DNA of 64,000 nucleotides from Acanthaster planci (Eukaryota): NCBI RefSeq assembly GCF_001949145.1, contig NW_019091361.1, positions 3,435,854 to 3,499,853 of the forward strand, read 5' to 3'. Shown piece by piece: positions 48,701 to 61,300 of this stretch (position 1 is its first letter; each line of letters starts with the position of its first letter). The notes under the pieces were generated by a model. It saw only the letters and a program-made list of their open reading frames with translations, ran no database searches and was not told where the DNA came from. The position numbers and the translations under genes were made by a program.

Positions 48701-51700
48701 TACACAGTGAGCTAGCCGTTTTCCTGATTTTGTCAAGTTGTTTGAATTCCCTTCTATTTGATATTTATTAAGTGACACTTGTGCAACATAAAGTGAAGCA
48801 TGGCTGATTACATTTACATGTGAAACTAAAAATGTAAAAAACGAGGTATGTTTGGGAACAAAATGAGCCAATTGCACTGATGTTTTGAAGGGCATTGTAT
48901 CATATTTTTAGTTTTGCATGCCTGAGTGAAAGTTATGCATGCCCATTTGTTTGTTTAGTTTCACACAAGGGTTTTGGTTTGTGCTTTCCTGCTATGGAAA
49001 GGCCCTCTTTATTTTTTCTGAGTCAGCCATGCACCATCTCCAACCACTCTTGCCCATAACCTTTTAATAGAAGCTAGATCAAGAAAAATTGTTATTTTGT
49101 TATACTTTATTATGGGATAGGAGCCAAAGAATGACCACTTCACCATAAAAACAGATGAGTAGAGGACCCTAGACGACTGAGGACAGAACCCAGCAGGGCA
49201 TCCGATAAGTTGACTGAAGGGTGTTACATCACTTATGGGACAGGATGTGCTGTCATGCCATACGTCTTTTGCTTGGAGGGCAAGGGTTAGCCCTACAGCT
49301 GCCCCTATGGCCTCAGCCAAAAGTGCAAGCACTGGCAAGCACTTGAACTTGGGGAATGTGTGTTTCTGGAGCATTTCCTGTCCTGTTGTTAGTGAATGTT
49401 TTTATCTTTTGGGGGAGGTTGACATTTATCCACCAAGTGCAGTGCAAAAGAGACTTCATGTATGCATTTGTTGAATAGCATAAATTTGTTGACCTGTCCA
49501 TTTTATTACTCCAATAATTGTGTGTGTTGTTAGGCGTGAACAGGTTTTGGCTGGAAATATTTTTGGGCTGTGTGTGGCCAATGGGCCCAAAATTTGTTTG
49601 ATGTTACTTGAACATGTCTGTAACTTCATATGTGTGCATGTGTTACATCATGTGTAGCTTCAGAGTGGTTGTCAGTGAACAGTTCATTATCCATTCAAAA
49701 CACTGCCAAAATGATTGTCTAGGGGAGGCCTAATGCTTGTTATGAGTACATGTTTCCTGTTCCACTCCTATGAACAGTTTTTAGGAAAGAGACAAGCAAA
49801 CATTTCTCAATACGAAAATTTCCCATGTTAAGAAAACCACTTTTGGCAGTGATGTAATGAAATACTGTTTTACAATCTTCATAGAAGAAGATGTACCTGC
49901 CAGAGAAGTAAACATACTTGCACATGTACTTCAAAATTGGCAAATATTGCTTCATCTGCAAGCATCAGTCATGTCTAGCAGGATTTTCGAGAAAATCTGT
50001 GACAAGATACAACCCACTGACTGTCTTTTACTCAGCAGGAACTGTTAAAAGAAGCTGAAATGCTTATAATGTTTAATTTGATCTGTCTTTGATTTCTTTC
50101 TTTCTTTGATGTATGAATGCCCCCACAGGAATCTCATTTTGGGTGTTCTTCAAACTGATTGATTATGGTGTGATGATCTGCAAATCTGAGGCTTGCTTCA
50201 GTGTTCTTCTTTCTGAATAATGTGATCACACTGATTCACCCACACATATGATTGATGGGGCTTATGTGATTGCAGCTTGAAGAGTATGAGTCAATGACGC
50301 CGTGTAAATTTCAGCAATCTTTGAACTCATTAGACAAAGTATTCCACGACGCCAGCTTTATTTCTTTGTGCCTTGGAAATACTGAAGCATGCCTTCCTCT
50401 TGTCTGGTCAGGAGTCAAGGATAAGTGGCTTCATTTGGAGATGTAGAATTAGATTAGTTATTCTTTGATCTATCAAGATGTCTGCTAAAGTAACGTTGAT
50501 TAGCTGAGTTCTCACTGTCTAATTCCAACTTTATTGTGAGGTAGTTTTCTGTGGCATTTTAGATGTGTTCCCTGCCTGCTTAGCATACAGGTACATGTAC
50601 TGATAGAGTAGCATAAGGACTTCAGGCTTGTATAGTCCCCCGCCACTGTGTAAAGAGGAACTCTTATAAATATAAGGCTGAACAGATTGTTGGAAGAGCA
50701 CCTGTTTGGTGATCTGGACTGTTAAAGTTCAAATCCTTATCATTTTAGCCTCATTCTTGGCAATTTTTTGTAAGCAGTCAATGATGCTGCATCCCTTCCA
50801 TAGACTGACTTCTGCCGATCATAATGTCAGGTTGTCAGCGGATCTTGGCACTTGCAACCACATCTGTTACTCCCACCTGTCCTCTTTTGAACATTTCCCC
50901 TCTGCATGGCCAGGGGGGGGGAAGGATTTCGGAAAGTCAGTTTACTCATGCGATGCAAGATGACAGCAATGTACAGGTGTATCTTTCACTTGTAGCAAAA
51001 TGTTGCATGTCTTTGAAGGAAGAGGGCCATGGACACTATACATGTACATGTAGAAGGAAGGAAATTGAGAAAGCTGTCTGAATTCATTAGCTTTCCTCTC
51101 CATCCATGCCTAAACCCCAGACACCCTCCTTGGAGCAACATCAGCCTGCTGTACGTTTGGTTTGTAACCCCATGTTCTAGTTACATGTACGGCCACTGTA
51201 ACAGTGTAAGTTGTGGCCACAACTCCATACAGGAACCTTAGGTAGCACTGTGTGGCACAATTGAGAGAGTCAACTTGTAGGACACATCTCTCATACATTG
51301 GCTTGATCTTATTATGACATCATGCTAACAACTTTGGCTGTGGCATTCACACAAATGTGCACAAACAGGTTCCTGTAGCACCTCAATGGGATTATAGTAG
51401 GTGCACATGACAATCCAATTCAAGTGTCTGTAGTCTCCTTGTCATCACCAAGGGGGGTATTTGCGAGAGCTCCAAAAGAAGTCAGTCCATGGAATTTTAC
51501 TGAACAAATCATAATGCAACTCAGAAATCCCTTGTTTTTAATACACATGCGTGCCACATGATGCCACATCATTTTTAAAGCTTTACTGTGTAACGTTGAT
51601 TTTGTGACAGAAATATTTCGTCACCAAATAATATGTTTTTATTGTCTACGCCCAGGCCACTCCTTCTCCTCCCCTCAATGGCTCAGTAGGAATCACAATT

Positions 51701-52480
51701 TATTATCCAGCCAACCAATCTACGTTTTCTTTTAACTGAGATTGCCCTCTCGTGGGACTTTATCAAAATTCTATTCACATGCTGTGACCAACTTGTTGAA
51801 GCACCAGTCAACAAGGGAAAGAGGAAGAGGGCACTGTAAATCACAGAAATTAGTTTCAGACCAGATCCTATTTTGGCAGTTACCCTCCCCCTCCCAAAAA
51901 AAGTGAAACCTGAGGTGCAATGGAACATTTTTGGTTTGCGCTTTCAGTTTATTACAAAGGCTACCTTACTGAAGGGTGTAAAGAATTTGGGGAATTATTT
52001 TTAGCGAAGGCGAATGAACTGAAACAAAGAAACCACAATGGAGCCAAAGATATTTGCCTTGTTTTCACAGAGGAAAGTTTTGAAGTGCCACCAGTGACAT
52101 TTTTTGATAATACAAGATTTGTGACTTCTTGGATTTAGTTTTGGATGTTTGGATTTTGGTCTTTGATGCAAATGGAGAAACCAAAGTGAGTTATTTGCAA
52201 GATGCAAATGAGGGGAAATGAACAAGGGAGAAAAAATGAAAAATTTAATTTCTGTTTAGTGTACATAAAGTGCTCTGGAACTGTCAGAAATGATTTCCAT
52301 AATCGTCTTTCATAGAATCACATAATTCATGGAATCATTATTCAGAGCCAGAGTGGAATAACTGGATTGCATTCTCAGCATATAGCACCGCCCCTGGAGA
52401 AACACATTTCACCTCCACATTGCTCACCTTTACCTGGCAGTCTGTATACTTTCTAGAATCCACATCGTTAGTTTTACGTG
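42755..52480 (-). CDS. Uncharacterised cysteine-rich protein, 5'-incomplete model with 5 exons (about 148 aa, 17 Cys)
   Basis: complement(join(42755..42805,46898..47096,47269..47331,48326..48405,52428..52480)). Each exon has a pyrimidine-rich AG acceptor, each internal exon has a GT donor, and phases chain 1-0-2-2-0 without stops: xRKTNDVDSRKYTDCQVK|WCNIPENREPKTPTNRHLAGICPQTPG|DKWLTNDCGFGQGLLSMNCVR|DNVDRKKSCQGECQHTSCMACEFVALEPDCGRCGRDDFRCMRQFAKCIRRQVCSKAIWPCASIDQQ|ETSGKFQCRVPDCIPG*. No homology recognised. The 52.4-kb exon is the least certain. Confidence 0.65.
44351..44555. mobile_element. MITE with about 45-bp terminal inverted repeats
   Basis: CTTATAGACTGAT...GCCGTTACTGCGGTGTCCCCA is mirrored by TGGGGACACCGCAGTAATGGC...ATCAGTCTATAAG. 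The left arm has a short insertion. Confidence 0.8.
46175..46396. mobile_element. Degenerate hAT-like MITE
   Basis: CAGTGGCATGTCCAG ... CTGGATTTGCCACTTG termini with inner G-run and C-run. No clear target-site duplication. Confidence 0.4.
46561..46792 (+). mobile_element. 3' end fragment of an RTE-clade LINE
   Basis: Encodes KRAARQQRA...YVCTTCKKDCHSRIGLYSH, the C-terminal zinc-finger-like motif typical of RTE ORFs, followed by a short 3' UTR-like segment. Confidence 0.8.
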
Positions 52481-55400
52481 CTGCAGATGGACATTGCCAG
52501 ACAAGTGAAGAAAGTAAATGAGTTAGCACCCTCTAAAAGTGAAATACTGGGTCAGTCAGAGTTCTCTGAGTTTTATATGAATTGTTAGTGTTCGTTGGTG
52601 TGAACAATACTGTACATTTTAGCCGTAGAAGCAAATTCTGTCCCCCACCAAATTTCTTTTGATACCAACGTAGCACTTTCATGAGTTTTTCAAGTGCTGA
52701 TGTACCATACTTTTATAAAATTGAGATACATCTCATGAGCTAGTCATGAAAAAAAAGTGTATTTCCCAAGCAAATAAGTACAGGGCCCTTAGTTTTGGGG
52801 GGGGGAGGCAAACCCTGGAACTAGGCCTTTCTTCATACCAAGTTTTTGTAATAGTGCACTTGTGTACATTTTCATATTTTCAAACCAAAATATAATTTAG
52901 TCTACATCACAAAGGAATGCAACATTTATGCGACCCGATCAGTGTTATCTGAGATAATGAAAAGATTTTTCATGTATGGACAACGTGGAGTGTCTTTCTT
53001 GTAAAGAGCCCAAGAAGTGTTTTCTTTTCAGAGTTATCTGAAAGCAAATTTGAAAAAAAAAATGGACACTGATCACTGCAGACTGGACCCCCTGTTTGAG
53101 ATTTCATGTTTTGTGTCTTTTTGCAAGTAACATCTGCCATAGTAAGGTTATCCAAGCTTAGATTTATGTGAGCTTGGATGATGTGAATGTTGCAAAAGTG
53201 CACCTGTTCCTCTTTGGTATCCCTCATGATTCACAGGCACCCACATAGAGGGATTAAGCCCATAGCCAGCGGGCCGGCGGGGAATCCTACCCCTTGTCTG
53301 AAACATTGTCAAATCCATAAATTATCCGTCATTTTTGCACTTGTTAGCAATTATTTCAGGGCTTCATAAATTGTCCAATTATTGATTTTGAATGGGATGG
53401 CTTATTTCATGAGTGTGTTGTCCCTTTATGGTGTCCTGTAAAGAACTTGATGATTGGTTTTGCTGTCATCCAAACACATTCTTGCATGGCATTCAGGAAG
53501 CTGACTGGTTGTTAAGTTATGTTTGGAGCGCATCATTTAAAGTTACACTGTGTCTGCTCTGTGCTGAATTGTAGACAATGCTATTTGTGGCCTCCTCAAA
53601 ACCACAGAAATCCAACTTGGGATACTTCTCTAATCTGTATTCTGCAGTGTATGCTTGCCTGGCCATTTTTGGTATATTTTCAAAGTGCACCGACAACTTT
53701 CGTACTTTAGGCCATCGAACACTAAAATATCAATTCAAACTCAAATTTCTAACATTTTTTTAAAGCGAGTATTTGCCCTGCAGATTTGCAAAAATGGACA
53801 TGTATCAACTTTGCGGCATTGCACCGTGCATGTTTCTTGATGTCAAATCCACTTTGCTATGTTTGCACCAGGAGGCACTGATCAGGAGAAAAGAGCAAAA
53901 ATGTCAATATCATGAACAATGCTTTTCCTTCATTCCATAAGGGTAAGATTAGAGATGTTCCTAGAGTGTATAAAATCCACATGTATGGACATAAAAGGGT
54001 GAGAAAGTTTTGTACCTGATTTAAAAAAAGGAAACATAAAGCTCTGTTTTCAGAGAACAAAATTTGCCTTTGTTCACTTTTCATAATAGAAAAGTTCTCT
54101 TTCCTTAGTTTTAACCAATGCTTTGATTCACACTGAACCACACACATAAAATATCCACACCACACTTTCTATGGCAAAATTTATGAGTTTTTCACATTTT
54201 TGAACTTTTGGGGACAGTTGGAAGTAGCTGGATGTGCGGGTGTCGTGGCTGAAGATCAGAGAGGCAAAAGCTCCAGTTGATGCCATTAATTCACGTTTGC
54301 CATTTCCCCAAGTTGTGTGTGTAAATCCTCAAGGTTTGCAGACAGCGTGTCATTATTGTTGGATTTAACACAGCTGCTGACCAGTTCTTTGAAACACACA
54401 GACTTTTGACGCGCAAAATGTCAGTAGTCATTTAGCGGTTGGATGGAAGAAAAATACCAAAAAAAATGCTTTAACAATTAATTTTTTTCTGGTTGTGGTG
54501 TAACCACGGAAGTGCAGCGTGGCTCAATGCAACAGACTGAATGAATTTTACGGCAAAAACTGGGTGCTGATAGAAGCCAAATTGGAGGGCAAATATAAAA
54601 TATAAACTAGGGGTAAATAATGGTAATTGAGGTAAACCTGGGATGGTGAAAGATTGTAAAAGTTCTGAATACTGTGTCATAAAAATACTGTAATTTGAAG
54701 TCAACTATTGCCTTTCAACATCTGTCTTCACAGCCTGATTGGGTAATTCAACCTGACTGGGACAGACATTCTATTTTGCAGCAGGAAACAAAATGCTGGC
54801 TAAGCACCTGTTCCATAGCGTGCACATGTATAGAAGGGAGATCTTCAGCTGTACTTTATCCCATACTTTGGACAGGTTTTGTAAGGGTGTAGCACAGAAA
54901 AAGATAATGGATTAACAATTGCCCTAGTGTTACATTAACCCTAACCCCAAGGGTGTACGTAAAATCATATTGAAATTGGAGGATTTGGGACTGTTAGGGT
55001 TAAAGTTTAAGGTCTTGCCCTATAAAGACAGAACACATTCATGTAGAACTAGTGGCATATGACGGCATATTCCAATAGATACGGTTGTGCTACCTGACTC
55101 AATCGCAGTTACTCAATTACAGGAGAGAAACAGGTGAGAGTCATTATTTTTAGCCCCAGTTTTAAACCGAGTGGCTGTGATCCAGGTATTTCCTGTAGAC
55201 CATAACATGGGCCCTAGGTGGGATGAGTGCCCCAGACGGACTGAGTTGGACTGAATTAAAGTCCTGTCGTCAGATAAGAGGAAGGGAGGCTGGGAAGCCC
55301 ACCTGCATCCTTTGCCAAGGAGCCAAGCTCTATGGTTAATGCCTTCCTGGAAGTAGACTTCAATTAGTTGTGCAGTATCATTGTTGTGAGGATTTTTTTC

Positions 55401-58169
55401 TGTGATCACTGGTGGGGTTGACTTTTTTTTAGACAGAGGAAATGTTGACCAAAAAGTTGGCCCTGAAAAGCAAGTTACACTTTGGCGAAATGTTGGACTA
55501 ATAAATGAGCTAAAGTACTAAAAACCATATCATCCATATGAATTATTGGACATTTTACAAAGCAGAAGATTTAAGCCCAGTTTCACTACACTACTTAAAC
55601 CACTCTTGTGACGTCACCCTATTCAGTAAAGTGTCGATTGTTCTTAAGAATGTACAGTTAACTGCACATTCTCAAAAAGAATGTACAGTTTTTAAGAATG
55701 TAGAGTGTGGACATTCTTCAAAAGTGACTTGATACATGAAGAAAAAGCACTTGTGACATTAAATTGCAACATTAAACACCATAAGAAATGCTCTGAACAG
55801 TAAAGCAGATTGTTTTAGACGTTCAATACAGTTAACACTCAAATTTTTAGATTTGACACGGTAACATTTTCCGTTAAGATTTGCGATTTTCAATTAAAGC
55901 GAACCGCTCCTAACATTGCACTATATAATATTTTTAATGTGCTTCTATCATTTTTACATACCTTTTGAATTTTAGTTTCATTTTTACATATCCCATCCAT
56001 TTTAGTTTTATTTCATCTTTTTTTCATTTTAATTTAGATATTTATTCCAATGGTAACGTATAATTTTTATTATTTTTATCCTTCATCTTTGTGTTTTTAT
56101 TTTAAAATTCACGTGTAGCAACTTAACTTTCGGTTAAACCTCAGTTTTATTAAACAACTTTTAAAAACAACTTCAGCAATCACAATTCATGTACAATTTT
56201 GCAAAACAGATAAATCGTTTAGAAACTTACATGTGATACTTCCCAGATGAATGAGAAGATATTCCAAATGCATGTAATTTCCAAACAGAAGAATTTCCTT
56301 TGGCGACTGAGGGATTTCCAAGAGTAAGCATGTACTTCCAAGGTTGTAAATGTTATCTTCATTTGAAGAGACAGTAAACTGTAGTTCTCAAATAAGTCAC
56401 TCGGGAAACTTGCTTGTTGGTGATGAAAAAGTACAGTCATATCGATAGCCTTTGCTAACTTAAATTCAGCATATTTCTGCAACTAACATATAGATATTAA
56501 TCCACATGGACCGTACCATACACTGATGGTGTTGACTGCATGTCTGTGTGTAACTTCATGTAAGCATGTACTGTGCCTATGAATAGTTGTACACTCAGCT
56601 GAGGAGTTACTCAATCATGATGGCTTAACTGGGACAGGAATGAAGCTTTTATGTACATGCAGATATACATAGCTAGCCAACGCTGGACAAATGGTGGATT
56701 CATCTCAAAGCATCAGTAAAGCCTTTTTTTCTTTTGTACAATATGAACAATAAAGGAGGGAGGGTCGTGGTTTAAGTCGGAGAAATGACGAAAAGCTTTT
56801 TGAGTCGTTTCTCCTTAACATAACAGTTACTGCAAAAGTTTGGCTTATTGTAGTAGAAAAATATGCTGCTGCTAAGCTACGGTATTTCACGGGTTGGATG
56901 TGCTAATGGTTGCCAGAACTTGGAGAATTCCACACCCTTTCTCTCCCTGGATTGCTGTCACCTCACAGAAAATAAGGGCATGTAGCTTAACTGGGGTTCA
57001 CCTCAAGTGACCCCTTACAATAAATCCTGGCTTAGGCCAACCATACTGTTCATTTCACCGTATAGATTGTGACGTAATAAAAATTGCATAGTCACAAGGG
57101 TACAACACTGGGTGCCATTGATGGATACTTGCATCACAACAAATACTGTATTGCGTAGAAAATGCTTTCAGGCATGCCCTCCCGCCTGATTCAACAAAGA
57201 TTACAGAAGTATTGTAGATGATGCAACGCCCTAGCAGTTTATAAGACAACCATCCTTTGTATTAACTCCCCCTTCATCAAACATAGTGATGCATTTGTTA
57301 GCATATCATAAATTCAGTAGTCATTTTTTTCACATCCTATGGGATGCCAAATGGTTTTGATTCATCAGCATATTTCTTCGTTTTTATTACACAGACTTTT
57401 TACAAAAAGAAAGCCAAACTGTCCTGCAAGTGCTCCGGGTATAAAATTCAGAATGCAGAGCAGCAGAACTGGGCTAGACGTACCTGGTTTTTATGGGAGA
57501 CACGGATTCTGCCCCCTTTAGCCTGTCCCACAAGGCACCCCAAAGTTGTAATTCACGGCTTGAAAGAAACATTTAATTTCCGCTCATGCAAATAACTTCC
57601 GAGTATAAATCAAAACCCACACACACACCTGAGTAAATAATAATGGGTTCCTCCCCCCCCCCATTCCTTGCTCTCGGAATGAGAAGTGTTGATTGTGCTC
57701 TGCATGAGGTAATGTTGTACAATTCCCTGCTGAAATCCTGGTAGCCAGGATTCTGTCCTGATGTCGGCCAGCTTTGTGTCGTAAATATTTTGTCAACAAT
57801 TTCTGCAGTGAGTGCTCCCAGGACAAGTTCAAGATTATGTTTTGGAACTAAAAATCCCAGATTTTTGTCTTGGAGCACTCCCACCCCTTTTTACATTTGT
57901 GTATTCTGTTCTTATTGCAATCAATTTAATTGAAATCATGTCATGGGATATTATTAGTAGGATCATCAAGATAATTTACTTATGCCACTTCCTTTGGCTG
58001 ATTAAAGGAGCTTCTCAAGATTTTTTGATTGTGACAATGTGGTGATTCAGAATGGCTAAATGAAAATATGAGAATTCTGGACACATTTTGTGTGGCTGCA
58101 TTACAATTATAATATAATTGATATTGACTTAATAGAACCAGTCTTGAGATTAGCTTCCTGTTTTGAAAC

Positions 58170-58330
58170 AGTTTTATGAAGGAAATAAATATGTGCTTGG
58201 CTGGTCTTAAACATTACCAACCAAGTACATATTTATTCCCATTCATAAATACCCTTTTTTAGTGAGTCACAAGAAGTCAATATATGATTTCCAAAGATTT
58301 TGTTCTAAAATTTCACTTTTATTTTCTTGG
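58170..58330. repeat. Second copy of the 16.2-16.5 kb dispersed repeat, with the spacer largely deleted
   Basis: AATAAATATGTGCTTGGCTGGTCTTAAAC followed by CCAAGTACATATTTATTCCCATTCATAAATACC. Confidence 0.65.
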
Positions 58331-61300
58331 GTTGGGGTACAAACAGGGTTATGGCCAGAATTAAAGAAAAAAAAGGTAGAAATTGATTTTGGGACAGTTT
58401 CATGTCCCCTTCCTTCCCAAAATCCATCAAAAGCCCTGAAATGTAACCTCACACCTGAGATTGCCAAATTAGATTACATAAAGAAATCCTCAAACCCCCC
58501 CCCTCATTTGATTCTGTAGATCCGTCCTTTTAACTGTCTAGATGTAGACGCCTATTCCGGTATTGCCCCTGAACAGGAGTGAATAATGAATCATACATTC
58601 GGCTGTTAGTGGTAAAATCACGCGCTGCACATGATTTGATTGGTATGTTGCAGCTAGGTTTAATGCACTGCATGGACAGCAAACACCACGTATATTTCAA
58701 TTTGCATAAGTGCGGCATTTTTTTATTACTTCAGTTTTCAGGATAACCTGATTGGGATGCTTAGTCACAGAGCCTCTGTCTAATGTGTTTCTGATTGGAA
58801 AATCCCATGTGATTGGTGAACTTTCCCTCTTCAAAAACTTAAATTGTATGTAGACTGTGCATTCAAGAGTTTAGTGGCCTCTGAGTGAAGTCCTTTCCAC
58901 CGAGTTCAGAATAGAAGAGGAAGAAGGTTGGGCAAAGCGCCAACTTTGTCTTTGCACTGTTTTTGAACTTGAAGTGTTGATGGGCACTAGGGATACATTT
59001 TGTTGTTTTCAACACCTTGGAGTGAACATCACATCAATTGGTGTCTGGGTTTCTTCCTCCCGGTTGCCTGCCCCTTGCGAAGGTTGAGAAACTACAGGGC
59101 TTGGGTGGGCCCACTGGAAAATTGGCGTGAACAACCAAACATGTCATCAGTGATTTGGGCATAGCAAGCTCAGATCTTCTTGCGTGGAAGTCAGCAGAAG
59201 ACTGTTTTGATAAAGAGGGCACTTGTGGGAAATGAAGGAAATTGGAACATACAGCGGTGCCATGGCACCGAGAGCGTATGGTTTACATTTCTGGTCAAAA
59301 GTTTACATGCACTTCGGCTGAAGATATTTAATTACATTTTTTTAGATTTCACTTAATATTCCTCACAACCTGTCTGTTTTCTTAAGAAAATAATGAAGAT
59401 GTTCAGAATGAACAGTCAGCCATAGAAAAAGAATGGTGATCAGAAATGGATAAAGTCATGCACTTTATAGTAATGAATTCACATGCATTTGAAGTTATGG
59501 CCACAAATATAGTCAGAAATTATTCTTAACGTAAATTCCACTGAGAATATTTTGCAATGTGCAGTCTTGCTATTGTATATTGAATCCCAGAGGTCTGGCC
59601 AGCTGAACCAGAAGCATTTCATCAGAATTGTCTTTAAAGTCTGTTACAGGCTGAAGGACTGCCAATGGAGTCTTCTTTTTTAAAATTTACTTTGGGGGTT
59701 ACAGTTTGCAAAGGATAATATTTGCCAGCTTATCAGGGGTTTGTACCGGTACATAGCTATGAACTCCATGTAAATAAGAGGTCTGCTTTTACCAGGCAAT
59801 CATGATCTCCAGTGGGGCAAATGATTATTTGTTTGTCCCTGGCATGGAGTACGCACAGGTAATTTAAAAAATCTCTAATGTATTCTGTGTGTGTGTACCG
59901 CGCTCCTGTTAGGCACCAATGGCATTAGAGTGTTGCTGCTGCAAGTCTATTTTTTCCACCAGCGAGGGGGTATGTCGCGCAGAGTGAATGCCATCAGCAA
60001 TGAAAAACAACCGTCAGTCATTAACAGGAAGGATACTGCCTGAACACCCGGCAGTTGTTTTTGTGTTCGCCCAATTGGCCCATGCACATTCATAAGATTG
60101 CTGCTTTGCTTCCAAGAAGTATTCTCCAGTATTGCTTGTGCCTAGGAGTGTTGCACAAGAATTCTGTGACCCATGTCCCACTGTTGCACACTGAAATGAT
60201 AGATGTTGTCAAGGTAACAGCAAAACCTTGGTTAATGGCCTGGCACTGACCTACTCACATGACACAAGGGGGAGAAGCTTGTTCTCTTGCCCCCTCCCCA
60301 AGAAAGAGGAGGGGTGGGGAAGTGGGACATAGGGAAAAAGGGAAGGTACCTATCAGTACTGTACTGTTCATTTATTTTGACACTTACGAACTACTCGAAA
60401 GAGGTCTAGAATGCAGTACTATCTTAAAGATATTGCTGCATTCAGCTGCAAAGATATTGTCTTTGGCCAGATTCCGTGGAGAGGTGAAGCAGAACATTTG
60501 GCTGAGCAAATTGATGTATTAAGCAGAAATGAGCAGAGAACAAGTCGCAGGTATTGCATTTTGCATGGCACTTTGGATAACCATCTTTTGCTATTAAAGC
60601 GAGTATTTTCTTTATGAAGCAAATTCCCTTGTTAATGAAGATGTAAAATCGGCCCATATGTGTAGGTTACATGGCATGTGTATGTATCTACTTCTGCTTC
60701 ATCATTGTACATGTAGTGTATTTGTCACCTGACATAGTTTGCTGCACAGCAATATATGAGTATCTACAGCTGGGCTTGTATTTTGGATGATCATTTGGTT
60801 GTTTTCTGAATATCTGATCCACCCCAGACACCAGGAAATAAGCTAGCCTTTTTTTATTTGACAAATCCACTGGATTTCTTGCGAATAAGTTCAAGAGAGG
60901 GCTCCACAATCTCTTGCTGTAAACATGTTTGTTTGCCACGATTTATGCTCTTTCTTCACGTGTCTTGCCCACAGCTGTGAAAATATGGGTACAGTTCCTT
61001 TGAAAACAGATTCACAAATAGACATTCTTAGAGCTCATCCTGTTATTCTGATCATGATTTATTTGTGAAGTTTCAAACACACCCTTCACCTCTGTGCACA
61101 ATCCCCCCAGTGATCGAAGATGAAGTGAGTGACAGGTCGGAGCGTGCTGCCATCTTGGATTTCCCTCCAAATAGCTAAACAAATTGGCCAAGGTAAATCT
61201 CCAATTATCTTCGGTGCTGCCTCACTGTGGGGTATTTATCCAGCGAAACGACCCCTGTCTATCCTCCTCTCAGATCAGTTCCCCTTTCCCCCGCCCCCAA

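Noticed and set aside
49009..49374. 121-aa minus-strand ORF as an additional exon of the Cys-rich gene
   Set aside because: Weak acceptor and donor. Its phase-1 start does not fit after the phase-0 end of the 52428 exon. It cannot be fully excluded as an alternative upstream exon.
56231..56378. Candidate upstream exon of the Cys-rich gene (phase-1 GTAAGT donor)
   Set aside because: Poor acceptor, two frames are equally open, the donor overlaps the ubiquitous TACATGT motif, and the peptide is uninformative.
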